A stretch of DNA of 64,000 nt from a candidate division WS6 bacterium OLB20 (GTDB taxonomy: Bacteria; Patescibacteriota; Dojkabacteria; B142; OLB20). Shown here piece after piece: positions 20,601 to 29,423 of the stretch. The translations under genes and the position numbers were made by a program. Numbering within the stretch: position 1 is the first letter of the stretch; each line of letters opens with the position of its first letter. Under the pieces are notes generated by a model. That model saw only the letters and a program-made list of their open reading frames with translations, was not told the origin of the DNA and did no database searches. Location: NCBI GenBank assembly GCA_001567355.1, contig JYNZ01000003.1:179991-243990 (forward strand), given 5' to 3'.

Positions 20601-21839
20601 CCTGATGAGGGTTCATTGTGGTGGAACGGCTCCGAGCTGAACTTCTACGATGGATCTACAACAACTGACCTGCTCGCTGGCGGTGGTGGTGGAGGAGGCT
20701 TCTGGACCGAAAGCTGCTGCGGTGATATCTACTACGAAAGCGGCTATGTCTCGATCGGAACCAGTTCAACCAATGAACTCTTCACACTGAGTGGCGGATT
20801 CTACCAGGGAGGCGACTCGGTTGCATTTCTTGATGAGGACATATATCTCCTAGACTACGACGGATTCTACTTCGGTCAGAACAGCCAGACGGACAGTTAC
20901 TTCTATGGAAACATGTATCTCAACAACACCTATTTTGAGTGGGACTTCGGTGATGTCTACTTTGATTCAGGCAATGAGCTTGTTTTCGGTAACAATGGTA
21001 CACCGAGCTATTTCTACGGCACAGTAGAGCACTACGGTCAGACGTACTTCTATGACGGTATTAACCTGTCAACGGGTGATATGTATGTGAGCAGCGGTAA
21101 CCTCTCTGTCGAAAACGGATATCTCTGTGTGGACGACGGTACGTACTCCTGCCCGGCATCAACTGCAGGAACAATCTACGGACAGTACGCATATTCTGAA
21201 TTTGATATCGCAGAGAATATCCATGCCAGACAGGGTGTCGAAGCAGGCGACATCGTTATGCCTGACAGCGATTCCCCCGAAAGTGTCCGCAAGAGCGACC
21301 GTGCATATGCACATAATGTACTTGGCGTTATCAGCACAGACCCGGGAGTACGCGGAGGCGTCAATCTGGAAGAGAAATCAGGCTACAGCGTCCAGCCGAT
21401 ATCCCTGGCCGGACGCGTTCCTGTAAAGGTCAACAATCAGAACGGCAGCATCGCCATTGGTGACCCGATCACCACTTCAGACACTCCGGGTGTGGGTATG
21501 AAGGCGACAAACAGCGGACGCATCATCGGATTTGCACTTGAGGCTTTTGATGGCAGCGAGGGACAGATCATTGTGTTCCTTAACGCAACACATTATGCGG
21601 CCGAAAATGACAACAATGGCACACGGGCTGTTGCAGGAAAAGCGATACTGAATGCCGGAGAGATCGCAGTAACAATCGAAGATACGAACGTTAGAGCTGA
21701 CAGCGTTATCATACTGACACCGACCAGCTCGACACAGGGACAGTTCCCCTACGTACTGTCACAGACAGATGGCAGCTTCACCGTCAGAATTGACAGCGCT
21801 GTAGAGCGCGACATCTCCATGAACTACATGGTTAACTGA
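17661..21839 (+). CDS. giant (1392 aa) secreted fibrous surface protein with poly-Gly tracts
   Basis: ATGA overlap with the upstream gene. Signal peptide present. Four Gly6-8 tracts, each followed by PETDPVW / PESDPVW / SLWTDDGFGNIYYD / FWTESCCGDIYYE. Two copies of (I/L)(R/W)(Y/W)-x-G-x-x-(F/L)-x-(G/F)Y(N/D)GS(S/T) (IRYTGTDFEGYNGSSW, LWWNGSELNFYDGSTT). Strong terminator follows. Confidence 0.6.
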   Translation: MKHTIPGILRTAAAMLLFFAVAAGGVYAQNAPTRDTYEFKNRIVDEDGQAIPDGTYNMKFILFNQAGGGTELWSEARTVATRRGNFSVDLGSLNPLPKNVLGETANLYLHICLDFNGADGDGSGICATRYEENFRSRKRITSVPWALRSFALGPVSINEGGVGFPINVTGGNGTITSFRYLGGDRLSIGTDGTTTFSNGTNSFNINPGSQRINLTGGADIFFGSSSLKSTGAGVSGATIIGVNQANFTNISGANVQQVLDSIDDAIGGGGGGGGPETDPVWIAEKASATSITGAWTFSAAPTFSQGVVLGNNSGTAAGTIRYTGTDFEGYNGSSWLSLTGGGGGGPESDPVWSADRDSDPTTVGADWTFISPLTTDDLIPASDDSAVIGQDGSRYSEGRFSNFVGIGTDANFAGDAALHIDSRGTAAVSGGNNYPVRISTEYDPTGLAGTENFNNIYITSTVNAGDGTTLNRQRGVRTELTNNSTGPLNGIYSSSHSAWNNGPINGSLYSYSGFVQNNDSVTGFINSVGTTVENNGTAVNLRSFESLMNNNGDNSSAIGLHIIANNTGSNAGGFSGEILTINNQASGITNNLYGEGITVTNNGEVTGRGHVGWYGFHNHGTFSDVDHVFYEFNAVNHATGSLPQWYGWSNIQRNDGEARGGWLNMRNQIWVGSTGTHSGGIDVLGNMVLNEGSITGDVFTVNNTTAFGSTSGNVYGTRNTVGSNHLLESFPHAATNVYGTVNEVIASGGQEITASNTLTGLRNEIYGPVSAGTTMYGIYNNIIPDGTASEFAGIYNFIDPSAAGDPSDYYGMYSSNGISEVWLNYQGTPGTNYSIFGGPAYFETVDINGEENRLANTPGSAATADLYYGNDLLCDVSEPNCGSGGGGGGSLWTDDGFGNIYYDTGGVGIGAQSPYGEGLYIEGDGNIGLSVYNGSVGLEGPVGIGSTTYNGFNNEMLYIERPNSSAHIRFQDGGWGDPFSPDEGSLWWNGSELNFYDGSTTTDLLAGGGGGGGFWTESCCGDIYYESGYVSIGTSSTNELFTLSGGFYQGGDSVAFLDEDIYLLDYDGFYFGQNSQTDSYFYGNMYLNNTYFEWDFGDVYFDSGNELVFGNNGTPSYFYGTVEHYGQTYFYDGINLSTGDMYVSSGNLSVENGYLCVDDGTYSCPASTAGTIYGQYAYSEFDIAENIHARQGVEAGDIVMPDSDSPESVRKSDRAYAHNVLGVISTDPGVRGGVNLEEKSGYSVQPISLAGRVPVKVNNQNGSIAIGDPITTSDTPGVGMKATNSGRIIGFALEAFDGSEGQIIVFLNATHYAAENDNNGTRAVAGKAILNAGEIAVTIEDTNVRADSVIILTPTSSTQGQFPYVLSQTDGSFTVRIDSAVERDISMNYMVN

Positions 21840-21846
21840 CACATTA

Positions 21847-21868
21847 AGCGGGGAGGGTAACCTCCCCG
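21847..21868 (+). terminator. intrinsic terminator after the giant surface-protein gene
   Basis: GCGGGGAGG-gtaa-CCTCCCCGC forms a 9-bp GC-rich stem with a 4-nt loop 8 nt after the stop. It is followed by atcgtttc (weak U-tract). Confidence 0.5.
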
Positions 21869-22120
21869 CATCGTTTCGGCAGATATTCGGTACCGCTCCT
21901 TTGTACAATTATTCCTGAGTCTCTGTGGATAAGATCCGGCAAAATATCTTTTTTGACCCAGCTGAGAGACTATTGCGCATAACAGCTGCATAACAGTTTA
22001 AGAATCACCCAGAACAAGACTCCGGATCTGTGAAACAGCTGCGGCTTAAGGAAATTGACCATAAACAGAGTGTACTCCTTGCATGAGTACTGAAGCTGTG
22101 TTTAAATCAGTACATATTCC

Positions 22121-24114
22121 ATGGATAGCTCACGAAGATTTATAACCGAACCAGAGCTGTACGAGCTTTTCCCTGATGCGCGCATAGGCATCCTGTATCT
22201 GCACGGACTGAAACAGCGTGAAGGAGCTGAAAAACCCGCTGCTAACCTGCGTGAGAATGTTTCCGAGCGCCTTTCAGCACGTTCGATACCATACAACAGG
22301 ACCGAAAACCATGCTGCATGGTCCGCAGTATTTTCCGCGCTTGGTATAGGCGACAAGCAAACACTGGCTTCACATCTCGCCCTGTTAAAACGGTTCCAGA
22401 GCAGCAGTCAATTGCCTCAAATTCATCCTCTCGTCGACGCATACAACCACATATCTGCTCTGCGGGAGCTTCCCGTTGGAGGACATGATGTGTCAGGGAT
22501 AACAGAGGTTACTGTCGGAAAAACAACCGGCGAGGAGACATTCAGAACGATGAACAGTGACACCGAAGAAACTGTTGAGACAGGAGAATGGGCCTATCTG
22601 GATCGCACCGGTAAACGCGTTTTAACCCGAAACCTTGTCTGGCGTCAGAGTGAGTACTCAAAGATTTCTGGAACACCCGAGGCTGTGATGCTTCCTCTTG
22701 ACGATTTTACCGGTTCCTTCTCCGACAGTGAACTTGCTGGTATTGCTGAAGAGCTGGTCAGTGTTCTGGCTGGCATCTACGACTTCACCTGGGACTTTGG
22801 TGTAGTGAGTCGCTACAACAACGTAAAGACTCTCAATCCAGGCAATTCAAGCAATTCTATCAAAACAAGCATTCTTCTGCTAACGAGACCCGAAACCGAT
22901 ACAACCCCCGAATCCATTGACCGGTTCTTTGATCATAAGATTGATCAGGTATACCCGTCTGCAGATGCACTGCGCAAAGCACTTGCTTCGGGCAGAAGGC
23001 TAAGCTTTTATATCGGCGCTGATGCGACAGGGCCGCGGCTTCACCTTGGACACCTGATCCCGGTGCTGAAACTGAGACAACTCCAGCAGATGGGTCACCG
23101 GCTGATATTTCTCATTGGTGACTTTACCGCAAGGATAGGTGACCCCACCGATAAGACAGCTGCCCGTGTGATGCTGAGTCAGGATGACGTAGAACGTAAT
23201 GCAGAGCGGTTCAGAAACCAGATCGCCCGCTACATCGATTTTGATGATGATCAGAATCCTGCGGAGCTTGTTTTCAACTCCGACTGGAACAAGGCTCTTA
23301 CCATGCTGATGTAATCAGCCTCGGATCACGCTTCACTGTTCAGCAGATGCTTGAACGTGATATGTTCCAGGTGCGCATGCAGGAGAATAAACCAATTTAT
23401 CTGCACGAGTTCTTTTACCCACTGCTTCAGGGATACGACTCGGTGCACATGGAGGTGAGCGGAGAATTTGGCGGCAGAGACCAGACATTTAACATGCTTG
23501 CCGGAAGGGATCTAGAAAAAAGCATGAAGGGTATTGATAAATTCGTGATCACAACACATTTCCTTCTTGCCGCCGACGGTAACAATAAAATGAGCAAGAG
23601 CATAGGTAACTGTATATTTATCGAAGACACGCCAGAGGACAAATACGGAAAGGTTATGTCCATACCGGACCAACTCATCAGACATTATTATGAGTTCGCA
23701 ACGCTCCTGACCAGAGAAGAAATTGACACAGTATTAGCTCAACAGACAGATCCGCTGGAACAGAAAAAACAGCTCGCATTTGAGGTGACCAGACTCAACG
23801 ATGGCGAAGAAGCAGCGCTGAATGCACAAACTCACTTTGAAAAGACGGTTCAGCAGAAAGAGATGCCCGAAGACGTGAGGACAGTTGCCCGAAGAGAAAT
23901 ACGCGAGATTGCAGCGACAGATAGCATTCAAATCAAATCTCTGCTAACAATTCTTGAATTAGCCGAAAGCAATTCTGATGCAAAGCGACTTGTCGTAGCT
24001 GGCGGCGTGGAGGTTGATGGCGAACGCCTCACCGACCCAAACCATGAGATCAGTCTGTCTGCTGTATCGACAATTCGTGCGGGCAAGAGAAACTGGGTTC
24101 AGTTTACAGATTAA
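22121..24114 (+). CDS. tyrS: tyrosyl-tRNA synthetase with an N-terminal B3/4-like domain; reading frame broken by an apparent 1-nt deletion near 23306
   Basis: Residues ~1-250 give HPLVDAYNHISALRELPVGGHD...GEETF...GEWAYLD, a B3/4 (PheT-type tRNA-binding/editing) pattern. Then YIGADATGPRLHLGHL (HIGH) follows. After the frame shift, the second ORF 23347..24114 carries KMSKSIGN and an S4-like C-terminus. The frame -1 translation upstream of 23347 (DVISLGSRFTVQQML) continues the TyrRS alignment, so ctg-atg was probably ctgG-atg. Confidence 0.7.
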
Positions 24115-24123
24115 CCAACCACC

Positions 24124-24240
24124 ATGAGAATTCTAAAACGACTCTGGAAACGCAATAAGAAACTGCTGCAATGGGTCCTTGTAGCGACCGCAATCATTGC
24201 ACTCGTTGCTTTGCCAGCGCTATCAGCATTTATTTTCTAA
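24124..24240 (+). CDS. possible 38-aa small membrane protein
   Basis: MRILKRLWKRNKKLLQWVLVATAIIALVALPALSAFIF has a basic N-terminus and one TM helix. It overlaps the long (TTG) version of the recG start. Speculative. Confidence 0.2.
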   Translation: MRILKRLWKRNKKLLQWVLVATAIIALVALPALSAFIF

Positions 24241-24244
24241 CCAC

Positions 24245-26203
24245 GTGCTGCTTACAGATCCGGTTACCAGCCTTGCATACATAAAAGATGCGTCAGCTGA
24301 AAAGCTGCGCGTTCTGGGAATAGAAACTGTCCGGGACCTTCTAAACCACATTCCCCGCTACTACAGCGATTCGAGAGAGCTTAGCAGACTCGAGGAGTTT
24401 TCAAAGACCCTGCCACATACTGCCGAAGTGACTCTGACCGGCTTCAGGTCTGTCAGAATCCGGGGCGGGCGGACACTGCAGCAGGCAACGGTCGAAGACG
24501 AATCAGCAAGTCTTACTGTTGTCTGGTTTAATCAGAAGTATCTGTCGCGGGTATTACAGCCGGGGGACAGATTACTGATTTCGGGCAAACTCAATCCCAA
24601 ATCAGACCGTCCACAGCTGTCTTCGCCCACATTTGAGAAAATCATTCCCTCAGGAGACGCACTCCACCTCGGAGGATTAATCCCTGTATACAGCCTGACA
24701 GCAGGGGTCTCGCAAAAGTGGCTGCGCAGAAGGATTTTCGAACTGATACGTAAGATTGACGCAATCGAAGACCTTTCTGACCCGCTTCCTGCTTCTATGC
24801 GCAAGCGATATAACCTGCTTATGCTGAAAGAGGCGTATCGTTTGATTCACAAACCGTCATCAACTGCTGATATCATGGCGGCCCGCAGGCGACTCGGGTT
24901 TGACGAACTGTTAGAAATACAGCGCAGATTTATTGCCGGTCGTGCTAAACGCAAACAGTTCAAATCTGTAAGCCTGACTGCAGACACAAAACTACTCATG
25001 CCGGTAATTGAACAGTTTCCTTTTCGCTTAAGCGACTCACAGTCTGCTGCTTTGAAAAAGATAATGCGTTCACTCGCATCAACCGAGCCCATGCGAACAC
25101 TGCTGCAGGGTGATGTGGGCAGTGGAAAAACAGCTGTCGCAGCACTGGCAGCTTATGTCGCAGTGACAGCTGGTAGCAGAACAGCCGTCCTGGCACCGAC
25201 GGTGATCCTTGCCAGGCAGTTGTACGATTCATTCCGCCGGTTTCTTCCGGCTGCTGTCGATATCGCATTTATCAGCGCAGCAAGCAAACCGGCCGAACAG
25301 GAACTCAGACAGACAGATATCGTTATTGGTACACACGCGCTACTCAACAAGTCGGACGCACTCGATAATCTTGGTCTGCTGATCATTGATGAACAGCACC
25401 GTTTTGGTGTTGCACAACGGAAAAAACTGCAAACCGTATTTGATGACAGAAAGGTCAGACCTCATACACTGCAGCTGACAGCCACCCCCATTCCGCGAAC
25501 AGTAGCCCAGACGCTATTTGGGGATGTAGACGTGATCAGGCTCGCGTCCCATAAGGAACGTGACAACATTCATACGAGTATTGTCCCCGAAGACAAGCGA
25601 GACCAGTGTATTTCATGGATCCAGAACCGGCTTGCTGCCGGCGACAGGGTGTTCTGGGTTGTTCCGTCGATCGAGGATGCCGGCGAGGAGCTCGCATCGA
25701 TAAAAAGTACGCAACGCACACTTACAAAAGCCTTCGGGAAAAATACAGTGACAATCATGCACGGCGAACTCAAAGAGAATGAAAAACTTGCAGCCCTTGA
25801 ACTCTTCAGTACAGGTAAACGCCCACTCATGCTCTCAACAACTGTAATTGAAGTGGGAATAAACGTACCTCTGGCGTCAGTCATGGTAATCGAATCTGCA
25901 GAACGTTTTGGACTGGCACAGCTGCATCAGCTGCGTGGGCGGGTAGGGCGTGCTGGACAGGAGGCGTGGTGCATGATGTTTACCTCCAATCCCGCTTCTC
26001 CACGTCTTGATGCATTTACCCGTCTTACCGATGGAGATTCTCTGGCAGAATTTGATCTGAAAGACAGGGGTCCTGGAGAAGTATATGGTACCGTGCAGTC
26101 AGGCATCCCCTCGCTAAAAATCGCCAGTTTTAGTAATATCGAACTTATGCAGCAGGCGCTTGAAGCTGCACAATCACTCTATAACTCAACACCCGTAATA
26201 TGA
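24245..26203 (+). CDS. recG: ATP-dependent DNA helicase RecG
   Basis: GDVGSGKTAVAALAA (Walker A), IIDEQHRFGV (DEQH), and the N-terminal wedge region ...LGIETVRDLLNHIPRYYSD. GTG at 24245 is preferred over the track's TTG at 24197. Confidence 0.7.
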   Translation: MLLTDPVTSLAYIKDASAEKLRVLGIETVRDLLNHIPRYYSDSRELSRLEEFSKTLPHTAEVTLTGFRSVRIRGGRTLQQATVEDESASLTVVWFNQKYLSRVLQPGDRLLISGKLNPKSDRPQLSSPTFEKIIPSGDALHLGGLIPVYSLTAGVSQKWLRRRIFELIRKIDAIEDLSDPLPASMRKRYNLLMLKEAYRLIHKPSSTADIMAARRRLGFDELLEIQRRFIAGRAKRKQFKSVSLTADTKLLMPVIEQFPFRLSDSQSAALKKIMRSLASTEPMRTLLQGDVGSGKTAVAALAAYVAVTAGSRTAVLAPTVILARQLYDSFRRFLPAAVDIAFISAASKPAEQELRQTDIVIGTHALLNKSDALDNLGLLIIDEQHRFGVAQRKKLQTVFDDRKVRPHTLQLTATPIPRTVAQTLFGDVDVIRLASHKERDNIHTSIVPEDKRDQCISWIQNRLAAGDRVFWVVPSIEDAGEELASIKSTQRTLTKAFGKNTVTIMHGELKENEKLAALELFSTGKRPLMLSTTVIEVGINVPLASVMVIESAERFGLAQLHQLRGRVGRAGQEAWCMMFTSNPASPRLDAFTRLTDGDSLAEFDLKDRGPGEVYGTVQSGIPSLKIASFSNIELMQQALEAAQSLYNSTPVI

Positions 26204-26994
26204 CAGTCATCCAGGCAGTTATTCTCGGAATAATTCAGGGAGTTACAGAATTCCTTCCGATATCAAGTTCGGGACATCTCGCTATCGTGCCGTATCTGTC
26301 GGGGTGGGAGCAGCAGTCTCTGGACTTCGACATCATTGTTCACGGAGCAACACTTCTGGCCATCCTCATCTTCTACAGGCAGCGCCTGAGCAGTATCATC
26401 ACTACTACATTCTCCAAAGACCCCGTATCTCGCAAGACGAGCATGCGACTTATCAGAAACATCGTCCTGACATCTGTCCCTGCAACACTGATAGCCCTGT
26501 TGCTCAAAGATACAATCGAGAGCAATTCTGACAACATCCCGGTTATTGCCACAGCACTTATCAGTGTCGGTATAGTCCTGGTGTACCTCGAGCGTATGTT
26601 TAAAAATACACGTCGACTTGAGCGCATTCAGCCCGGCGAAGCACTCTTTATCGGTTCCATGCAGGGGCTGGCATTGATACGAGGGGTCTCCAGATCGGGT
26701 ATTACCATTATTGGCGGAGCCCTTGCAGGTCTATCCCGAAAAGAAGCGGTCGACTACGCGTTCCTTGCTTCCATCCCCGTACTGACCGGCAGCGTTGTTC
26801 TTACAGCTGCGGATATTGCAGCCAGCGGACTTACAGAAGAGCCGCACGTTCTGCTTGCCGGATTTGCTGCAGCATTTATAAGCGGTTACGCAGCGATCAG
26901 CTTTCTGATCAATTATGTTAAGAAGCATGATTTTGCCGTCTTTGGCTGGTACCGTATAATCCTCGGCATACTTCTTCTGATAATTGCATTATGA
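26200..26994 (+). CDS. uppP: undecaprenyl-diphosphate phosphatase (BacA/UppP)
   Basis: MTVIQAVILGIIQGVTEFLPISSSGHL is the UppP N-terminal signature. Eight hydrophobic segments. ATGA overlap with recG. Confidence 0.8.
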   Translation: MTVIQAVILGIIQGVTEFLPISSSGHLAIVPYLSGWEQQSLDFDIIVHGATLLAILIFYRQRLSSIITTTFSKDPVSRKTSMRLIRNIVLTSVPATLIALLLKDTIESNSDNIPVIATALISVGIVLVYLERMFKNTRRLERIQPGEALFIGSMQGLALIRGVSRSGITIIGGALAGLSRKEAVDYAFLASIPVLTGSVVLTAADIAASGLTEEPHVLLAGFAAAFISGYAAISFLINYVKKHDFAVFGWYRIILGILLLIIAL

Positions 26995-27479
26995 GTCAGC
27001 GCAAGGTGATTGTGATTCTGGAAGATATCCGGTCAGCACTTAATGTGGGTGCGATGTTCCGGACTGCAGATGGAGCAGGTGTTACCGAGCTTGTGCTTGC
27101 AGGCATCACTCCATATCCGCCACACAACCGCATCCCCAAAACTGCACTTGGAGCGGTTGAGCATGTCAGCTGGAAGCATTACCGCGATAAACGCGAAGCA
27201 CTTGACTATGTGACACAGGACCAGGGACTGCCGCTGATTGCAGTTGAAACAGGAGACAATGCAATTTATCATACAGAGTATGAGTATCCTGAGGAGGTAG
27301 CACTGATTTTCGGTAACGAGATCGGCGGTGTGTCAGATGAGGCGTTGCACCGGGCACAGGCACGGGTCATGATCCCGATGCTCGGCTTTAAAGAGTCGCT
27401 GAATGTGGCCACCAGTTTTGGAATAATTGTATATGAGATAGCCAGACAGCATGCTGCGTATCATAGCGGGAAAGCATAA
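26991..27479 (+). CDS. SpoU/TrmH-family (TrmL-like) RNA 2'-O-methyltransferase
   Basis: 162 aa. NVGAMFRTADGAGV...IFGNEIGGVSDEAL...IPMLGFKESLNVATSFGIIVYE are the SPOUT knot motifs. Confidence 0.55.
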   Translation: MSQRKVIVILEDIRSALNVGAMFRTADGAGVTELVLAGITPYPPHNRIPKTALGAVEHVSWKHYRDKREALDYVTQDQGLPLIAVETGDNAIYHTEYEYPEEVALIFGNEIGGVSDEALHRAQARVMIPMLGFKESLNVATSFGIIVYEIARQHAAYHSGKA

Positions 27480-28017
27480 AGGAATATTACTGGAGACACC
27501 GGATAGATCTGCACGTCCCTTAACGGACAGAATCCGGACATCACTGTTTGACACTCTGCAGCAGTACGTCGAGGGTGCAGTTATTCTGGACATTTTTGCC
27601 GGCAGCGGTTCGTTCGGTTTTGAAGCACTCAGCAGGGGAGCAGAATCGGTTACCTTTGTAGACTCATCAGAAGACAGCATCAATACACTCTATGCCAATC
27701 AGAAAAAACTGGAGGAGCGCAACGTGCGTATAATAAGAGCACATGCAGACAGGTTTCTGCGCCGGGATAACAGTCAGTACACAATCATTTTTACTGACCC
27801 GCCGTTTCCTATGTCTGAGGATGAAGTAAACCATCTGCTGACCTTAATGGTGCCGCGTCTGGACCCTGAGGACGGTATTCTTGTTGTCAGGCTGCCGGAG
27901 CAGAAAGAACTGCCGCAGGATATCACCGGTTCGGGCGTTCCGGCGGAATGCATCTACAGCAAACAGTATGGAAAAAGTATTGTCGGCTTTTACCGTCCGG
28001 CACTTTCACAGGATTGA
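27451..28017 (+). CDS. rsmD: 16S rRNA (guanine966-N2)-methyltransferase RsmD
   Basis: MLRIIAGKHKG..L..P.....RPLTDRIRTSLFDTL ... DIFAGSGSFGFEAL ... FTDPPF is the RsmD signature. Confidence 0.7.
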   Translation: MLRIIAGKHKGILLETPDRSARPLTDRIRTSLFDTLQQYVEGAVILDIFAGSGSFGFEALSRGAESVTFVDSSEDSINTLYANQKKLEERNVRIIRAHADRFLRRDNSQYTIIFTDPPFPMSEDEVNHLLTLMVPRLDPEDGILVVRLPEQKELPQDITGSGVPAECIYSKQYGKSIVGFYRPALSQD

Positions 28018-28024
28018 CTGACTG

Positions 28025-28033
28025 TGGTACAAT
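28025..28033 (+). promoter_or_regulatory. extended -10 element TGGTACAAT upstream of rpmF
   Basis: TGgTACAAT lies 34 nt upstream of the rpmF ATG. The identical 9-mer recurs upstream of rpsP. Confidence 0.3.
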
Positions 28034-28066
28034 CGCACGTACATTTCTCTTTTTTGAGGCGTAATC

Positions 28067-28243
28067 ATGGGTGCACTACCTAAGCGAAAAATTTCAAAAC
28101 AACGGAAGGGCAATCGACGCTCACATCATGCACTTGCAGCACCAGCACTGACTGTCTGCAAAGAATGCAAAGCAACAGCACTTGCTCACCATGTGTGTGC
28201 AAACTGCGGATCCTACAAGGGTGTTCAGGTTATTGCTGTCTGA
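28067..28243 (+). CDS. rpmF: 50S ribosomal protein L32
   Basis: Not in the ORF track because it is only 58 aa. MGALPKRKISKQRKGNRRSHHALAAPALTVCKECKATALAHHVCANCGSYKGVQVIAV has the L32 RRSH...C..CG..Y motif with four Cys. Confidence 0.75.
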   Translation: MGALPKRKISKQRKGNRRSHHALAAPALTVCKECKATALAHHVCANCGSYKGVQVIAV

Positions 28244-28245
28244 CG

Positions 28246-28689
28246 ATGGCACAGAATGATCCCCGCCATAACGCACGGATCATAGTCCTGCAAAAACTCT
28301 TTGAACGGTCATTCCACCACAGTGATATCAGCGATGACTCCAGTCAGGAGTTCTCTGACGACTCGCTCGTTGAAATCAACGAGCTTGAAGCTGTTGATAA
28401 CGAGATGGTTACAGTGCTGTTTAACGGAGTCCTCGAGCACCGTGACAGGATAGATACAATAATCGCCAAACTGGCACCACAATGGCCGCTTGGGCAGATC
28501 GCCAAATCGGACCTGCAGATTCTACGTATAGCAGTCTATGAAGGGTTTATCGGGAAAATTACTCCCGAGAAGGTCGCCATAGACGAAGCAATTGAGCTAT
28601 CCAAGGAATTTGCCGGCGAGCAGAGCCGTAAATTTATTAACGGTGTCCTGGGTAACTTAATTGTTAACAAATCCGACTTTGATCTCTGA
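28246..28689 (+). CDS. nusB: transcription antitermination factor NusB
   Basis: Internal ATG at 28246, 3 nt after the rpmF stop. ARIIVLQKL...LRIAVYE...FINGVLGNL is the NusB fold signature. The track ORF start 28165 overlaps rpmF. Confidence 0.65.
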   Translation: MAQNDPRHNARIIVLQKLFERSFHHSDISDDSSQEFSDDSLVEINELEAVDNEMVTVLFNGVLEHRDRIDTIIAKLAPQWPLGQIAKSDLQILRIAVYEGFIGKITPEKVAIDEAIELSKEFAGEQSRKFINGVLGNLIVNKSDFDL

Positions 28690-29407
28690 AGACGATAAGG
28701 TAAAACTGCATAATCTTGAACGCCGTATCAGGGTAAAGTTCAACTCGCTGGACACCCTTAAACAGGCACTTATTCACAGGAGCTACATCAATGAGGCCCG
28801 CGAGTCAGACCTTGAGCATAACGAGAAACTGGAGTTTCTTGGTGACGCGGTACTTGAGCTTCTTGTTACCCAGAAGTTATATGATGACTACCCGGAACGG
28901 AATGAGGGTGAGCTGACCAGCTTTAGGGCTGCAACGGTTCGCACTGAGAGCCTTGCTGAAACAGCTGCTGAGATTGACCTTGGCGATTACATCTACATGA
29001 GCAACGGCGAAGAGGCCACAGGCGGGCGATCCCGGCCATACATCCTCGCCAACACGTTTGAGGCACTTATCGGTGCCATGTATCTCGACCTGGGGCTGGA
29101 ACAAACGAACACATTTTTAGCACAATTCCTGTTTACCAAGATTCAGGTAATTGTGGAAAACCGGCTTGATATAGACAATAAATCAAAACTTCAGGAGGTC
29201 TCACAGGAACGGCTGAACATTACACCTGTATATGAGTTTGTATCCGCTACAGGACCTGATCACAACAAGACATTTGAGATGGCAATCATGATCGGGGACC
29301 ATTCATTCGGAACCGGCCGGGGCAAAAGTAAGCAGGAGGCGGAACAGAATGCAGCCGAAGAGGCTCTGAAACACTGGGATGCACTGGTAAAAAAACATTT
29401 CAGTTAA
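28661..29407 (+). CDS. rnc: ribonuclease III
   Basis: NEKLEFLGDAVLELLV is the RNase III signature box. C-terminal dsRBD (GPDHNKTFEMAIMIGD..GTGRGKSKQEAEQNAAEEAL). Confidence 0.8.
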   Translation: MLTNPTLISEDDKVKLHNLERRIRVKFNSLDTLKQALIHRSYINEARESDLEHNEKLEFLGDAVLELLVTQKLYDDYPERNEGELTSFRAATVRTESLAETAAEIDLGDYIYMSNGEEATGGRSRPYILANTFEALIGAMYLDLGLEQTNTFLAQFLFTKIQVIVENRLDIDNKSKLQEVSQERLNITPVYEFVSATGPDHNKTFEMAIMIGDHSFGTGRGKSKQEAEQNAAEEALKHWDALVKKHFS

Positions 29408-29423
29408 CATTTAGCCGGTTATC

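Noticed and set aside
21869-22120. Possible T-box leader upstream of tyrS
   Set aside because: The region has a GC hairpin (the terminator) and an AGTACTC/GAGTACT palindrome, but no AATTAGGGTGGNACCGCG T-box sequence.
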